NCBI GenBank assembly: GCA_965261545.1
Contig: CBDHDF010000010.1
Coordinates: forward strand, 448,001 to 512,000
From: Bdellovibrionales bacterium
Lineage (GTDB): Bacteria; Bdellovibrionota; Bdellovibrionia; Bdellovibrionales; UBA1609
DNA length: 64,000 nucleotides
Direction of reading: 5' to 3'
The notes beneath the pieces were generated by a model. It searched no databases, was not told where the DNA came from, and worked only from the letters and a program-made list of their open reading frames with translations. Made by a program: the position numbers and the translations under genes. This document shows, one piece after another, positions 1-9,423 of the stretch (its first letter is position 1; each line of letters begins with the position of its first letter).

Positions 1-160
1 TATACTTTTTAAACTTGTCCGACAAGTCCTCCACATCGATCATATCCTTGATTTTATGCCGCATGGAGATCATGGCTCCAAAGCCAATGAGAATCAATCC
101 ACCTAGGACAATAACAAAAGCCTTTCCCGCAAAAAGGCCAAATTCAATAAGGTATTCCAT
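1..160 (-). CDS. sohB: Protease SohB (S49), N-terminal part; runs off the window edge
   Basis: Manual translation from ATG at 160 gives MEYLIEFGLFAGKAFVIVLGGLILIGFGAMISMRHKIKDMIDVEDLSDKFKKY, resembling the SohB N-terminal anchor; GGGAGG RBS upstream. Confidence 0.75.
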   Translation of the reverse strand, partial: MEYLIEFGLFAGKAFVIVLGGLILIGFGAMISMRHKIKDMIDVEDLSDKFKKY

Positions 161-240
161 ACGCCCTCCCAATGGCCAATGGTCACAACAAGAAATAAAT
201 AATACACAACCAAGGTGTAAGAGCAACAGCAATTATTGAT

Positions 241-1122
241 TTATTTAGCTCTTGTCTGCTGTAAAGCAATATTCTTGAGATGTCCATAGGCAAAAAACTC
301 TTGATTACCATCTCGCCCAAGAGGTTGGCTTTCAATATAAGCTTCCACATACATACCAAGAAAGCGTCCCTGTCCAGTCACTTTGTCCTTAATGTCTTTG
401 AAAGATATCCGTGGAGCGCGCCCCTGTTCAAACTGAGGCTTGACAAGAAGCAGAAACTCCCCTTCTGGGTTTAAAAAATAGGGAATCTCTGGCAAAACAT
501 GCTCAAGTGAGATAAAAGAAATGTCCACAGTGACAAGTGAAAAGTGATTCTTATAAGAAGGATTGAGTTCGGTGCGGAGATAGCGAGCATTGACTCCCTC
601 AAAAAAAACAAGATTGGGGCGGTTTCTTAACTGGGGGTGGAGTTGGTTTGTCCCTACATCCACTCCCACGACCCCCAGAGCTTCATGCTCTAAAAGACAG
701 TGGGCAAAGCCACCTGTGGATAGGCCCACATCCAACACTTTTTTCCCCTTGGGGGAAATTCCCAAGGTTTTTATGGCATGTTCAAGCTTTAAGCCTGACC
801 TTGCCACGTATTTCAATAGATCCTGTTTCACAATGCGAACATGGTTGATATGGTGACTTCTGCGGCGGCCCGCCTGGTGATTTTCATAGTGACTCGCCAG
901 GTAATTCTCGTGGAGATTCGCTTGGCTGTTTTCGCAGTGATTTTTATGGTCATTGACTGGGGAGGGGACCTGGCATTCCTCTACTCTGAAACTCGGTTTT
1001 TGAATCACTTGAAAATGGCCATTCACAAGAACTTCAATGCTACCACTTTCAATCAATTCTTGGGCTTTGGTGCGTGAAGGGGCCAAAGCCTTCTCTACGA
1101 GGTAGATATCCAGGCGTTTCAT
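241..1122 (-). CDS. tlyA: TlyA-family rRNA methyltransferase (S4 + FtsJ-like) with a His/Asn-rich insertion
   Basis: MKRLDIYLV..SRTKAQELI, YVARSGLKLEHA, LDVGLSTGGF, VDVGTNQLH, DISFISL, LVKPQFE, GRDGNQEF; start set at the MKRLD Met. Confidence 0.93.
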   Translation of the reverse strand: MKRLDIYLVEKALAPSRTKAQELIESGSIEVLVNGHFQVIQKPSFRVEECQVPSPVNDHKNHCENSQANLHENYLASHYENHQAGRRRSHHINHVRIVKQDLLKYVARSGLKLEHAIKTLGISPKGKKVLDVGLSTGGFAHCLLEHEALGVVGVDVGTNQLHPQLRNRPNLVFFEGVNARYLRTELNPSYKNHFSLVTVDISFISLEHVLPEIPYFLNPEGEFLLLVKPQFEQGRAPRISFKDIKDKVTGQGRFLGMYVEAYIESQPLGRDGNQEFFAYGHLKNIALQQTRAK

Positions 1123-1153
1123 GTTATCCTTGCTGTTGTTTTTACCGGTGTTT

Positions 1154-2056
1154 TTACCGGAGATTTTTTGCCAAGACCCGTTGGGCATTCCATTGGGTTA
1201 GTTTTCGAAGGTCTGCGGCCTCCTCTCCCAACGAAGCTAAAAGTTGGAGGGCCTCATGAGTTATCTCTTGCAAATAGGACTTTGTCTCCTCAAGTCCCAT
1301 AATATATGGAAAACCCGATGCTTCAGGCTGATCTTCGTTGTGGTCGGCAATGTCATCGGCCAATTGAAAAGCAAAGCCGAGTTTCTCACCAAATTCCCTT
1401 AGGTTTTTCCGTTCTTCCTCAGTGGCTTCGCAGGCAACAGCAGCTCCCTCGGCACAAAAGCGAATGAGCGCTCCTGTCTTCATGCTATGGAGACCGCACC
1501 TTAAGGCAAAGGAAGACCTACCCTCTAACAATGTTTCTCCCTCTAAGGTGACATCGATAGCCTGTCCCCCCACCATGCCCTTGATACCCGTGGCTTCAGA
1601 CAACAATACAATCAATTCCAAGGCCATGGAGGGTTGATATCTGTAGGCGAAACCCAAGTTCTCAAAGGCCATGGGCTGCAAAGCATCACCAGCCAAAAGT
1701 GCGATAGTTTCACCATAAACCTTATGGTTGGCAAGTTGACCTCGCCTCTCATCGTCATTATCCATCATGGGTAAATCATCGTGAATCAATGAGTAGCTGT
1801 GAATGAGTTCTGCGGAGATTCCCAAGGGTAGAGCCTTATCTTCGGTTTGCCCCAGAGCCTTGGCCACAAGGATCGATAGCAGGGGGCGAAACCTTTTCCC
1901 TCCTCTCAAAACTCCATAGGAAATAGAGTCGGCAAGCCACGGCTTTGCGCAGGCCTTTTCTATGTGGGGAGGAAAAGGGCCACTAAGGCATTTTTTTAAG
2001 TCTTGCTCTAGGCATTTTTCTATTTTTTGGAGATAGGGCTGGAATGAATCAATCAT
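1154..2056 (-). CDS. ispA: Geranyltranstransferase / FPP synthase
   Basis: GGKRFRP, HSYSLIHDDLPMMDNDDERRG, GQAID, KTGAL, FQLADD; sits next to xseB. Confidence 0.95.
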   Translation of the reverse strand: MIDSFQPYLQKIEKCLEQDLKKCLSGPFPPHIEKACAKPWLADSISYGVLRGGKRFRPLLSILVAKALGQTEDKALPLGISAELIHSYSLIHDDLPMMDNDDERRGQLANHKVYGETIALLAGDALQPMAFENLGFAYRYQPSMALELIVLLSEATGIKGMVGGQAIDVTLEGETLLEGRSSFALRCGLHSMKTGALIRFCAEGAAVACEATEEERKNLREFGEKLGFAFQLADDIADHNEDQPEASGFPYIMGLEETKSYLQEITHEALQLLASLGEEAADLRKLTQWNAQRVLAKNLR

Positions 2057-2134
2057 TGCTCAAAGTCTCTCGTCTGTTGATTTACGTCTGTGAATTTGTG
2101 GGTTCAAACCACATGCGCATGAGGTTGAGTTCCG

Positions 2135-2347
2135 TCACTCAAAGTTTTTTGTCTCTTGAGTTCCATCCTCTGAAATATTGAGCAAGACCTTCACTTTTTG
2201 CTCGGCCTCATCAAGTTGTTGGTAGCATTCCTTCGAAATTCGCACGCCTTCCTCAAAGTCCTTGAGAGCTTCTTCAAGGCTCAAGTCTCCGGATTCCATG
2301 TTTTCCACAATCTTATCGAGGCGATGTAATTTTTTTTCAAAATCCAT
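2135..2347 (-). CDS. xseB: Exodeoxyribonuclease VII small subunit
   Basis: FEKKLHRLDKIVENMESGDLSLEEALKDFEEG. Confidence 0.96.
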   Translation of the reverse strand: MDFEKKLHRLDKIVENMESGDLSLEEALKDFEEGVRISKECYQQLDEAEQKVKVLLNISEDGTQETKNFE

Positions 2348-3590
2348 AGGGTCCTCCCTCATTTATTTCAATCACCTTAGCGGAAAATCCACCTCGGCGC
2401 AATTGCACTTGTACCTCATCCCCCAACCTCACATTCTCGTAGGTTTGAGAAAGGTTTGTGCCCACTTTCACCACGGCATATCCTCGTTCTAAAACTTTAA
2501 AAGGGCTCAGGCTATCCATCATGGAGCCTCGGTGAGTGACTTTGGTACGCTTTTCCTTGAGCGACCTCGCCATGGATTGCTCCAAGCGAAATCTGACATC
2601 ATCACAGCGAAGGGTTAGATCTTCAAGCCTTCGCTGGGGATCCTTAAGGCGTCGGTGCAAGTGAGTGACTTGGTGACGTCGCTGGCCCATGGATTGTCGC
2701 CACGATATATAGAGGCGTTTTTTTAAGTGATGAAGCTCTTCGTGGAACTCCTGAACACTTTTTACCACAAGCTCTGCGGCCACAGAAGGTGTGGCCGCAC
2801 GCATGTCGGCCACAAAGTCAGCTATGGTGAAATCCACTTCATGTCCTACGGCAGAAACCACGGGAATGGGGGAGTTAAAAATAGCCCTAGCAACACCTTC
2901 ATGATTAAAGGCCCAAAGGTCTTCCATGGATCCGCCACCACGACCCACAATAAGAACATCGGCATCTTTGATAAGGCGAGCTTGGTGGAGACCATGGAGA
3001 ATGGAGGTGGGGGCCCCCTCCCCCTGAACCTGCACAGGGACAATGGTGATTTTGAGCCCCTTAAACCGACGATTCAAAACATTGAGGATATCGCGGACGG
3101 CGGCCCCCGTGGGAGATGTGACGAGGACGACATGTCGTGGCAAGGTGGGCAAAGGTTTTTTGTGTTCCTGTGAAAAGAGCCCCTCTTTTTGAAGTTTTTC
3201 TTTAAGCTGTTCAAAACCCTGCTGAAGGGCCCCCGCACCCACGGGCTCCATGGATTGGCAAAAAACCTGGTAGTTGCCACGGGGTTCATAAACGGTGATC
3301 TTTCCCTTGATGAGAACTTCCATTCCCGTTTTGGGTCGAAACTTTAGCTTTGAGTTTGCCCCTCGAAACATGACCGCATTGATTTGGGATTGATCGTCTT
3401 TGAGGCTAAAGTAAAAGTGTCCCGAACCGTGGGCCTTAAAATTGGAGATTTCACCTTGCACCCAAATATCCAAAAACTCTCCCTCAAGTCGTTGACGAAT
3501 TTTTCGATTGAGATCCGAGACCCTATAAACCTTGGGCTTCACGCTTACGCTTGTAGAGTTTTCACTAAAGTCAAAGGATGTTTGGTTCAT
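2337..3590 (-). CDS. xseA: Exodeoxyribonuclease VII large subunit
   Basis: WVQGEISNF, SGHFYFSLKD, TSPTGAAVRD, GRGGGSMEDL, SAVGHEVD, LSPFKVLERGY. Confidence 0.97.
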   Translation of the reverse strand: MNQTSFDFSENSTSVSVKPKVYRVSDLNRKIRQRLEGEFLDIWVQGEISNFKAHGSGHFYFSLKDDQSQINAVMFRGANSKLKFRPKTGMEVLIKGKITVYEPRGNYQVFCQSMEPVGAGALQQGFEQLKEKLQKEGLFSQEHKKPLPTLPRHVVLVTSPTGAAVRDILNVLNRRFKGLKITIVPVQVQGEGAPTSILHGLHQARLIKDADVLIVGRGGGSMEDLWAFNHEGVARAIFNSPIPVVSAVGHEVDFTIADFVADMRAATPSVAAELVVKSVQEFHEELHHLKKRLYISWRQSMGQRRHQVTHLHRRLKDPQRRLEDLTLRCDDVRFRLEQSMARSLKEKRTKVTHRGSMMDSLSPFKVLERGYAVVKVGTNLSQTYENVRLGDEVQVQLRRGGFSAKVIEINEGGPYGF

Positions 3591-3855
3591 AGGGGCTTCA
3601 CACTACCAGATTGACTTTTCAAGTCAACATATGGCCCATCGGGGAGATGGTGAAGATGGCGAAATAGCTCGGAGCAATATAATTATAATAATTTCAAATT
3701 TTTTTGAAAAAATTATTGATTTCCATAAATGAAACAAGATATAAGATTTCTTATGAACAGGCTTGCTCCTTATTTTTAGAGCGGAGTAAGCCATAATTAT
3801 AAAAATGATCCAATGGAGGGTCTTAACATAAACAACCTTAATAAGGAGGTAAAGA

Positions 3856-4323
3856 ATGAAGAAAATTATTGCAATAGGTTTATTGTCGCTTAGTTTGGCA
3901 ATGCCAGCTCATGCTGTTGTTGTAGGCATTTTCACTGGTGGTGTTGCTGGAGCAGCTCTTGCTGCTAGTGGAGGGGGATTGTTCCTTGGTGCTCATCTTA
4001 GTGATGGTGATTCTAAAATGAATCCATTTATTATCATTGCAACTATCTTATTAGAGAGAGATGATTATTACGAGAACAGCAACAGAAAAAGTCCAATGGT
4101 TAAGATCGACGTCAATGCAGATGTTGATGAATTGGTGAGTGCTGGTCTTTATTCTATGAATGAAGGAGAGGCTTTAAAAGCTGAATTTGCTCTTGGTGAC
4201 TTTTCTGTTCGTACAAAAGAGATCAAAGATATGACTTCTGATGAAGCCATGGATTTGATTCAGGAAAAATCTGGATGCAGCGAACTGCTTGCCGGCTACC
4301 TTGCGAGTAAAGTCGGGCTCTAA
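3856..4323 (+). CDS. Hypothetical secreted protein
   Basis: Strong RBS (AGGAGGT), signal peptide ending AHA, Gly/Ala-rich hydrophobic segment; family not recognised. Confidence 0.8.
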   Translation: MKKIIAIGLLSLSLAMPAHAVVVGIFTGGVAGAALAASGGGLFLGAHLSDGDSKMNPFIIIATILLERDDYYENSNRKSPMVKIDVNADVDELVSAGLYSMNEGEALKAEFALGDFSVRTKEIKDMTSDEAMDLIQEKSGCSELLAGYLASKVGL

Positions 4324-4354
4324 TCTCCTCAATTAGAATTATTGATTGATGATT

Positions 4355-4386
4355 GCCAGCATTAGCACGCTCGTGCTAATGCTGGC
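4355..4386 (+). terminator. Perfect stem-loop downstream of the 155-aa gene (terminator or stabiliser, no U-tract)
   Basis: GCCAGCATTAGCAC-GCTC-GTGCTAATGCTGGC, a 14-bp perfect stem. Confidence 0.6.
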
Positions 4387-4458
4387 CCGTTCCTAGTTGA
4401 AAAGATATCTGTCTCGTACCCTCTAACTTTTACATATGGTTGACTGATAGCAGTTTCT

Positions 4459-5448
4459 ATGAAAGGTTGTTCCATGTTGAAATCTCGTCTTTGTTTGGTC
4501 TATATTTTTTTGTGTTTCATTCTGTTCCCTTTATGGGGGCAAGCTTCATCTCTCTGTGTTGTTTCCCTCCTCCATGAAAAGCCTTTGAATAAAACTCTGC
4601 TAAAAGAGGTGTCTAAGTATTTAAAAAAAATGGGTCACTTATCCTCCCAGAGACCCTCCGTAGCCCATAGGAAAGACAAGCCTGAAGAATCTGAAAAAAA
4701 GAAAGAGTACAAAGATTTTTTTAAGTTTTATGGGGACTTGGTTGGTGTCAGTGAAGTTTATGGAGCCTTGAAAAATTGTTTAGGGGGTGGTTATGAAGAA
4801 GTCATCATCGTGGCTCATTCCATGAAAAACATCATTGGCCAGCCCCGTCTCATATTTCCTTATCAAAGGATTAAAGGAAAAGTGGCAACGTCATTTATCA
4901 ATGACAGGTTTTTTGCAAACTTGAACCACAACCCTATGATAAAGCAGATTTCGGTGATAGGTTGTAACTCAGAAGAAGTCCTGCCTAATTATCCCAATTT
5001 GTTAAATTATGTATCTCGCTACAATATCAACCTCAAGCAAGCTCCTACCGACACTGTGTTATCAAAAAAGCAAGGAGTTACAAGGGGCCGTTCATTCAAG
5101 AGTGTTATATCCATGCTGGCTGAGGCAGCACAACCCATAGAGTCTGAAGTCTTATTTTGCCGTATCCACTTTCAAACATCTGATGTTTATTCTTGTTTAA
5201 GAGGGCATATTCAAATAGAAGCTATGGATGAAAGTCTTTTACCTGTGGAGCGTTGGATCAGGATTCATAGAAATGCCAATGGTATTTCATGGATTTTTCT
5301 AGGCCCCGACGAAGAATCTTCAAGACCGCCAAGCCTTCCTGACAACCACCATAACTCCTCTATTGGTTTACTTCCTGGAGACGTTATTTATGAGGATCAA
5401 GGTTATCGCATCTTCTTTGTAAAAGAAAAAGAGATTGGGCTTCACTAG
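4459..5448 (+). CDS. Hypothetical exported protein
   Basis: 329-aa ORF with a hydrophobic signal-like N-terminus; family not recognised. Confidence 0.7.
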   Translation: MKGCSMLKSRLCLVYIFLCFILFPLWGQASSLCVVSLLHEKPLNKTLLKEVSKYLKKMGHLSSQRPSVAHRKDKPEESEKKKEYKDFFKFYGDLVGVSEVYGALKNCLGGGYEEVIIVAHSMKNIIGQPRLIFPYQRIKGKVATSFINDRFFANLNHNPMIKQISVIGCNSEEVLPNYPNLLNYVSRYNINLKQAPTDTVLSKKQGVTRGRSFKSVISMLAEAAQPIESEVLFCRIHFQTSDVYSCLRGHIQIEAMDESLLPVERWIRIHRNANGISWIFLGPDEESSRPPSLPDNHHNSSIGLLPGDVIYEDQGYRIFFVKEKEIGLH

Positions 5449-5550
5449 CACCTCACTCACGAAGAACTTCACTAAGACCCCCCAGAATAAAGATCACTAA
5501 AAAAGGGAATCACTGAAAATCTGAGAGACTGAGAATAAGAATTTTTGGTT

Positions 5551-8500
5551 TCACTCCAAAAGTGTTTTCAAGTGGGAGACCTCACTGTGAATTCGAGGCC
5601 ATTGGATATCATCCATACGGATTTTGAGCCGATGATCGGGGGTGATGGAATACTTCTTACTTTCTCTTAAAGTGAGTTCCACTACCTTTTCTGGAGAAAG
5701 GCGTGTGCTTTCCATGAATTTCATGGTGATGGTATTTTTTCCTGAACTTATATCTTCCACCCTCAACTCTTTGCACTCCCTTCGAATCAACATGATGCCC
5801 ATGAGGTTGAGAGTTTCATTGGGTATTTTACCAAATTGATCTTGAAGGTCAGCTTCAATGGTGTCGATATCCTGGGGGCCTTTGATTTGAGAAAGAATTT
5901 TGTAGTATGCCAGGCGAATGCGAATATCTGGGATATATTTATCGGGTATGTAGGCAGGAATAGAGATATTGATCTCCGGCTCGATACTTTCCTCTTTGGG
6001 AGATTCACCCTTTTGTTCTCTCATGGCCTCTTCTAAAAGTTCCATATAGTGTTCGTAGCCAATGGAGTGAATGTGACCCGATTGGCTTTCACCTAAGAAA
6101 TCACCAGTGCCTCTTATTTCTAAATCGTGCTGGGCGATCCTGATACCACTTCCTAACGCAGAGTTTTCTTGCAATATGCGTAGTTTTTCTTGAGATTTGT
6201 CGTCAAGAGCCCTGTTGCGTGGAATGAGCAAATAACAATAACCTCGCTCCTTACTGCGGCCAATTCTTCCCCTTAGTTGATAGAGTTGGCTTAAGCCAAA
6301 GTTTTGAGCCTCGTTAATAAACATCGTGTTGGACCTTGGTATATCCATACCAGATTCAATGATTGTTGTGCAGATGAGAACATCTGTGTTGTGGTTGAGA
6401 AAATCAATCATGACTTGTTCAAGTTGAGACTCCTCCATTTGACCGTGCCCCACGGCAAAGCGTACTCCTGGCATAAGTTCTCTTAGCTCTGAGGCCACGA
6501 AATCAATGCTTTGAATGCGGTTATGTAGAAAAAAAGTCTGCCCCCCACGGGCAATCTCATTTTCAATGGCTTTTTTAATGGTTTGCATATCATGGTGGGA
6601 TACGAAAGTTCTTATGGGCAATCGGTCCACGGGAGGAGTGCTGATAAGGCTAAGGTCTCTTATTCCCACAAGGCTCATATTTAAAGTTCTTGGAATAGGT
6701 GTGGCTGACAAAGCCATGGTATCTACAGCCGCTTTGATTTTCCGAATTTTTTCTTTGTGTCGAACGCCAAATTTTTGTTCTTCGTCAATGACGAGCAAAC
6801 CCAGGCGTTTGAATTTAATATCTTTACTTAGAAGACGATGGGTTCCAATAATAATATCTGCACGTCCTTCTTCCATCTCTAAGAGAGTTTCTTTGATTTT
6901 CTTTTTGTCCACAAAGCGATTGAGAAGTCTTATTTCCATGGGCCAGCCTTTAAATCGCCTTTTGAAGTTTTCAAAATGTTGCATGGTGAGAATCGTTGTG
7001 GGAGCTAAAAGGGCCACCTGCTTGCCCCCATAGGCCACATGAAAGGCCGCACGCATGGCCACTTCTGTCTTGCCAAAGCCTACATCTCCACAGATGAGAC
7101 GGTCCATGGGGTTATCCTTTGTAAGGTCTAGGAGAACCTCTCCAATGGCCTTCATCTGGTCTTCGGTTTCTTCAAAGGGAAAGCTATCCTCAAATTTAAA
7201 GTAATCGCTATGAGGTTCATCAAAGGAGGGGCGCTTCATGTGAGTTCTTTTTGCGTACATGTGAAGAAGCTCGGCCGTCATATCCCTGATATATTTTTTG
7301 GCTTTTGTTTGAACTTTGGCCCATTGAGTTCCACCCAGTTTATCCATCAGACGCGTGGATAACGGCCCCGAATATCTTTGAATCTGGCCAATGCGATAAA
7401 TGGGGAGGTAGAGTTTATCTTTGTCTTTGTATTCAAGTTGAATAAATTCGGATTTCACTCCCCCAATAGGCATCACACTGAGTCCTCGAAAAATGCCCAC
7501 TCCGTGGAGCTTGTGAACAATAAGGTCCCCTGGTGCAAGATCCCCAAAGTTGAGAGCCTTTGTTTTTTCTTGGACCCTTTCAGAGTCGGATCTGGAAATT
7601 CGACTCCTGTAGTGTCCAAAGATATCCTTGTCTTGAATGAAAATAATTTTCTCTTCAACAAATTTTAAACTTACCCCCAGTTTTCGAGGTACGATGTGAA
7701 CTTGGACTCCTCCTTGGAGGCTTTGCTCCTCCAGCCACTTTTGCCATGAATAATCATCTCTATGGGTGAGTTTGTAGTTCACTGAATTGTCTTTTAATAT
7801 TTGCTCAAATCGTCGAAAAAGTGTTTGTGAAGTTGAAGAGATGAATATTTTGTAACCTTGGTGGGACCAATCAGAAATTTTTTCTTGAACGATCTGACCA
7901 ATTCGGCGGTAGTTACCTAGGGCTGCTTTGCATAGAGAGATAAAGTCATTCACCTCTTGGGTGCGATAATCCACCTCCCTGTGGGAAGAAGGGGAAAGCA
8001 TGGATTGATCTTGAAGGCTACCATTTTGAGGACTTCTACTTTTGGTGTTGTCCTTTTGGGGGCTTTTATCTTGGGGGCTGCTGCTTTGAAGGTTGTAAAT
8101 GCCCACCTTGGAAACATGAATTTTTCTTGAAGATGGTGGAAGCATAAAATCTTCAAATTCCACAAAGAGTTTTTGGGGCGATGGAATGAGAGTGGTTGCA
8201 GACTCCCAATCCTCTTTGAGTTCTTTCATCTGAGCGTCAAATTTTTGAGTGATATCCACGGGATTGATCATCCAGAAATCAATGTCTTGTAAGAAGTGTT
8301 GGAGAGGTTGGGCACAGGGCTTATAAAAATAAGGCAAATAAAATTCCACTCCACGAAAATAGATTCCCTGACTCATGGAGTGAAGGAGAGGCATGATCTC
8401 TGCTTCGTCCATCTTTGAGTCCAACTTTTGATTTAAACTATGGGCTTTCAGACTTTGAGCTGCCATCTGGCGGTTTTCATCCGTGAAAATAATTTCTTTT

Positions 8501-9186
8501 GTTGGAATGATGACAAAATCTTTGATGCTTTCAAAACTCCTTTGTGAATAGGGGTCAAAGTGGCGAGCGGATTCCACGATGTCTCCAAATAGCTCCAAGC
8601 GTAGGGGGTATTTGTGGGCAGGGCTATAGATATCTACAATTCCTCCTCGCTGGCAGTAGGAGCCAGGGTCTTCAACATAGCTGACGGAATGATAACCGTA
8701 GCGATCCATAAGAAGAGAAAAATTGCTGGGGAGTTCGTCTCCCACTCGAAAAGCATGGGTGTATTCAAAGAGGTCCTCCACGGGAAGAGTTCGCTGGGAG
8801 AGACTGCGGAGGCTGGCCAAGAAGATATCTCCTGGTGTTGCATTTTGAGCTCTGTAAAGCCAGTTCACCCTTTCACAAATCATACGTCGATGGGGGTCTT
8901 GGTGTAAGTAGGGGCTAATATCAAAGCTTCTTAAAAAGTGGACCTCCACATCGGGGTTAAAAAATTGAATGGCTTTGGCAAAGGGTTCCATATGAGATTC
9001 ATCGGGAACCAGAATAAGTTGGGGCCTTGAAAGACTTGCAGAGACCTGGGCACATGAGAAGAAAGGGATAAGGGCCATCCAAGAGCTTGAGCCCAAAAGG
9101 TGGGTTTCTTGGGAATCCTCCCCCAGTAGACTTCTCAGCCTTGTGGGGAGTTCTTCAACCATATGATCCGCCATAGAGTCAGTCAT
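5551..9186 (-). CDS. mfd: Transcription-repair coupling factor
   Basis: RGGIVDIY UvrB-like module, VHKLHGVG RID, GDVGFGKTEV, DEEQKFG, SATPIPRT, QLRGRIGRS, TRG and TRCF C-terminus. Confidence 0.97.
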   Translation of the reverse strand: MTDSMADHMVEELPTRLRSLLGEDSQETHLLGSSSWMALIPFFSCAQVSASLSRPQLILVPDESHMEPFAKAIQFFNPDVEVHFLRSFDISPYLHQDPHRRMICERVNWLYRAQNATPGDIFLASLRSLSQRTLPVEDLFEYTHAFRVGDELPSNFSLLMDRYGYHSVSYVEDPGSYCQRGGIVDIYSPAHKYPLRLELFGDIVESARHFDPYSQRSFESIKDFVIIPTKEIIFTDENRQMAAQSLKAHSLNQKLDSKMDEAEIMPLLHSMSQGIYFRGVEFYLPYFYKPCAQPLQHFLQDIDFWMINPVDITQKFDAQMKELKEDWESATTLIPSPQKLFVEFEDFMLPPSSRKIHVSKVGIYNLQSSSPQDKSPQKDNTKSRSPQNGSLQDQSMLSPSSHREVDYRTQEVNDFISLCKAALGNYRRIGQIVQEKISDWSHQGYKIFISSTSQTLFRRFEQILKDNSVNYKLTHRDDYSWQKWLEEQSLQGGVQVHIVPRKLGVSLKFVEEKIIFIQDKDIFGHYRSRISRSDSERVQEKTKALNFGDLAPGDLIVHKLHGVGIFRGLSVMPIGGVKSEFIQLEYKDKDKLYLPIYRIGQIQRYSGPLSTRLMDKLGGTQWAKVQTKAKKYIRDMTAELLHMYAKRTHMKRPSFDEPHSDYFKFEDSFPFEETEDQMKAIGEVLLDLTKDNPMDRLICGDVGFGKTEVAMRAAFHVAYGGKQVALLAPTTILTMQHFENFKRRFKGWPMEIRLLNRFVDKKKIKETLLEMEEGRADIIIGTHRLLSKDIKFKRLGLLVIDEEQKFGVRHKEKIRKIKAAVDTMALSATPIPRTLNMSLVGIRDLSLISTPPVDRLPIRTFVSHHDMQTIKKAIENEIARGGQTFFLHNRIQSIDFVASELRELMPGVRFAVGHGQMEESQLEQVMIDFLNHNTDVLICTTIIESGMDIPRSNTMFINEAQNFGLSQLYQLRGRIGRSKERGYCYLLIPRNRALDDKSQEKLRILQENSALGSGIRIAQHDLEIRGTGDFLGESQSGHIHSIGYEHYMELLEEAMREQKGESPKEESIEPEINISIPAYIPDKYIPDIRIRLAYYKILSQIKGPQDIDTIEADLQDQFGKIPNETLNLMGIMLIRRECKELRVEDISSGKNTITMKFMESTRLSPEKVVELTLRESKKYSITPDHRLKIRMDDIQWPRIHSEVSHLKTLLE

Positions 9187-9423
9187 AGGATCACCCTATG
9201 TCGTATGTGACAGGCTGGACCTGCTTTGGGGTCATTTTTTGGGTCATCTATGATATTGATATTTTCGACTACCTCGTTCGCCACGGGAAGTGAGTAGCAA
9301 AGTGTGGAGTTTCAAGCAATGATCAAAGAAGAAAGATATTGCGAAGCGGCATTTTTCTGCTTGGATTTGTATATATTTTATCTCATAACTTTGTTTTGGG
9401 TAAATTCGAAACTTCACTCACTT

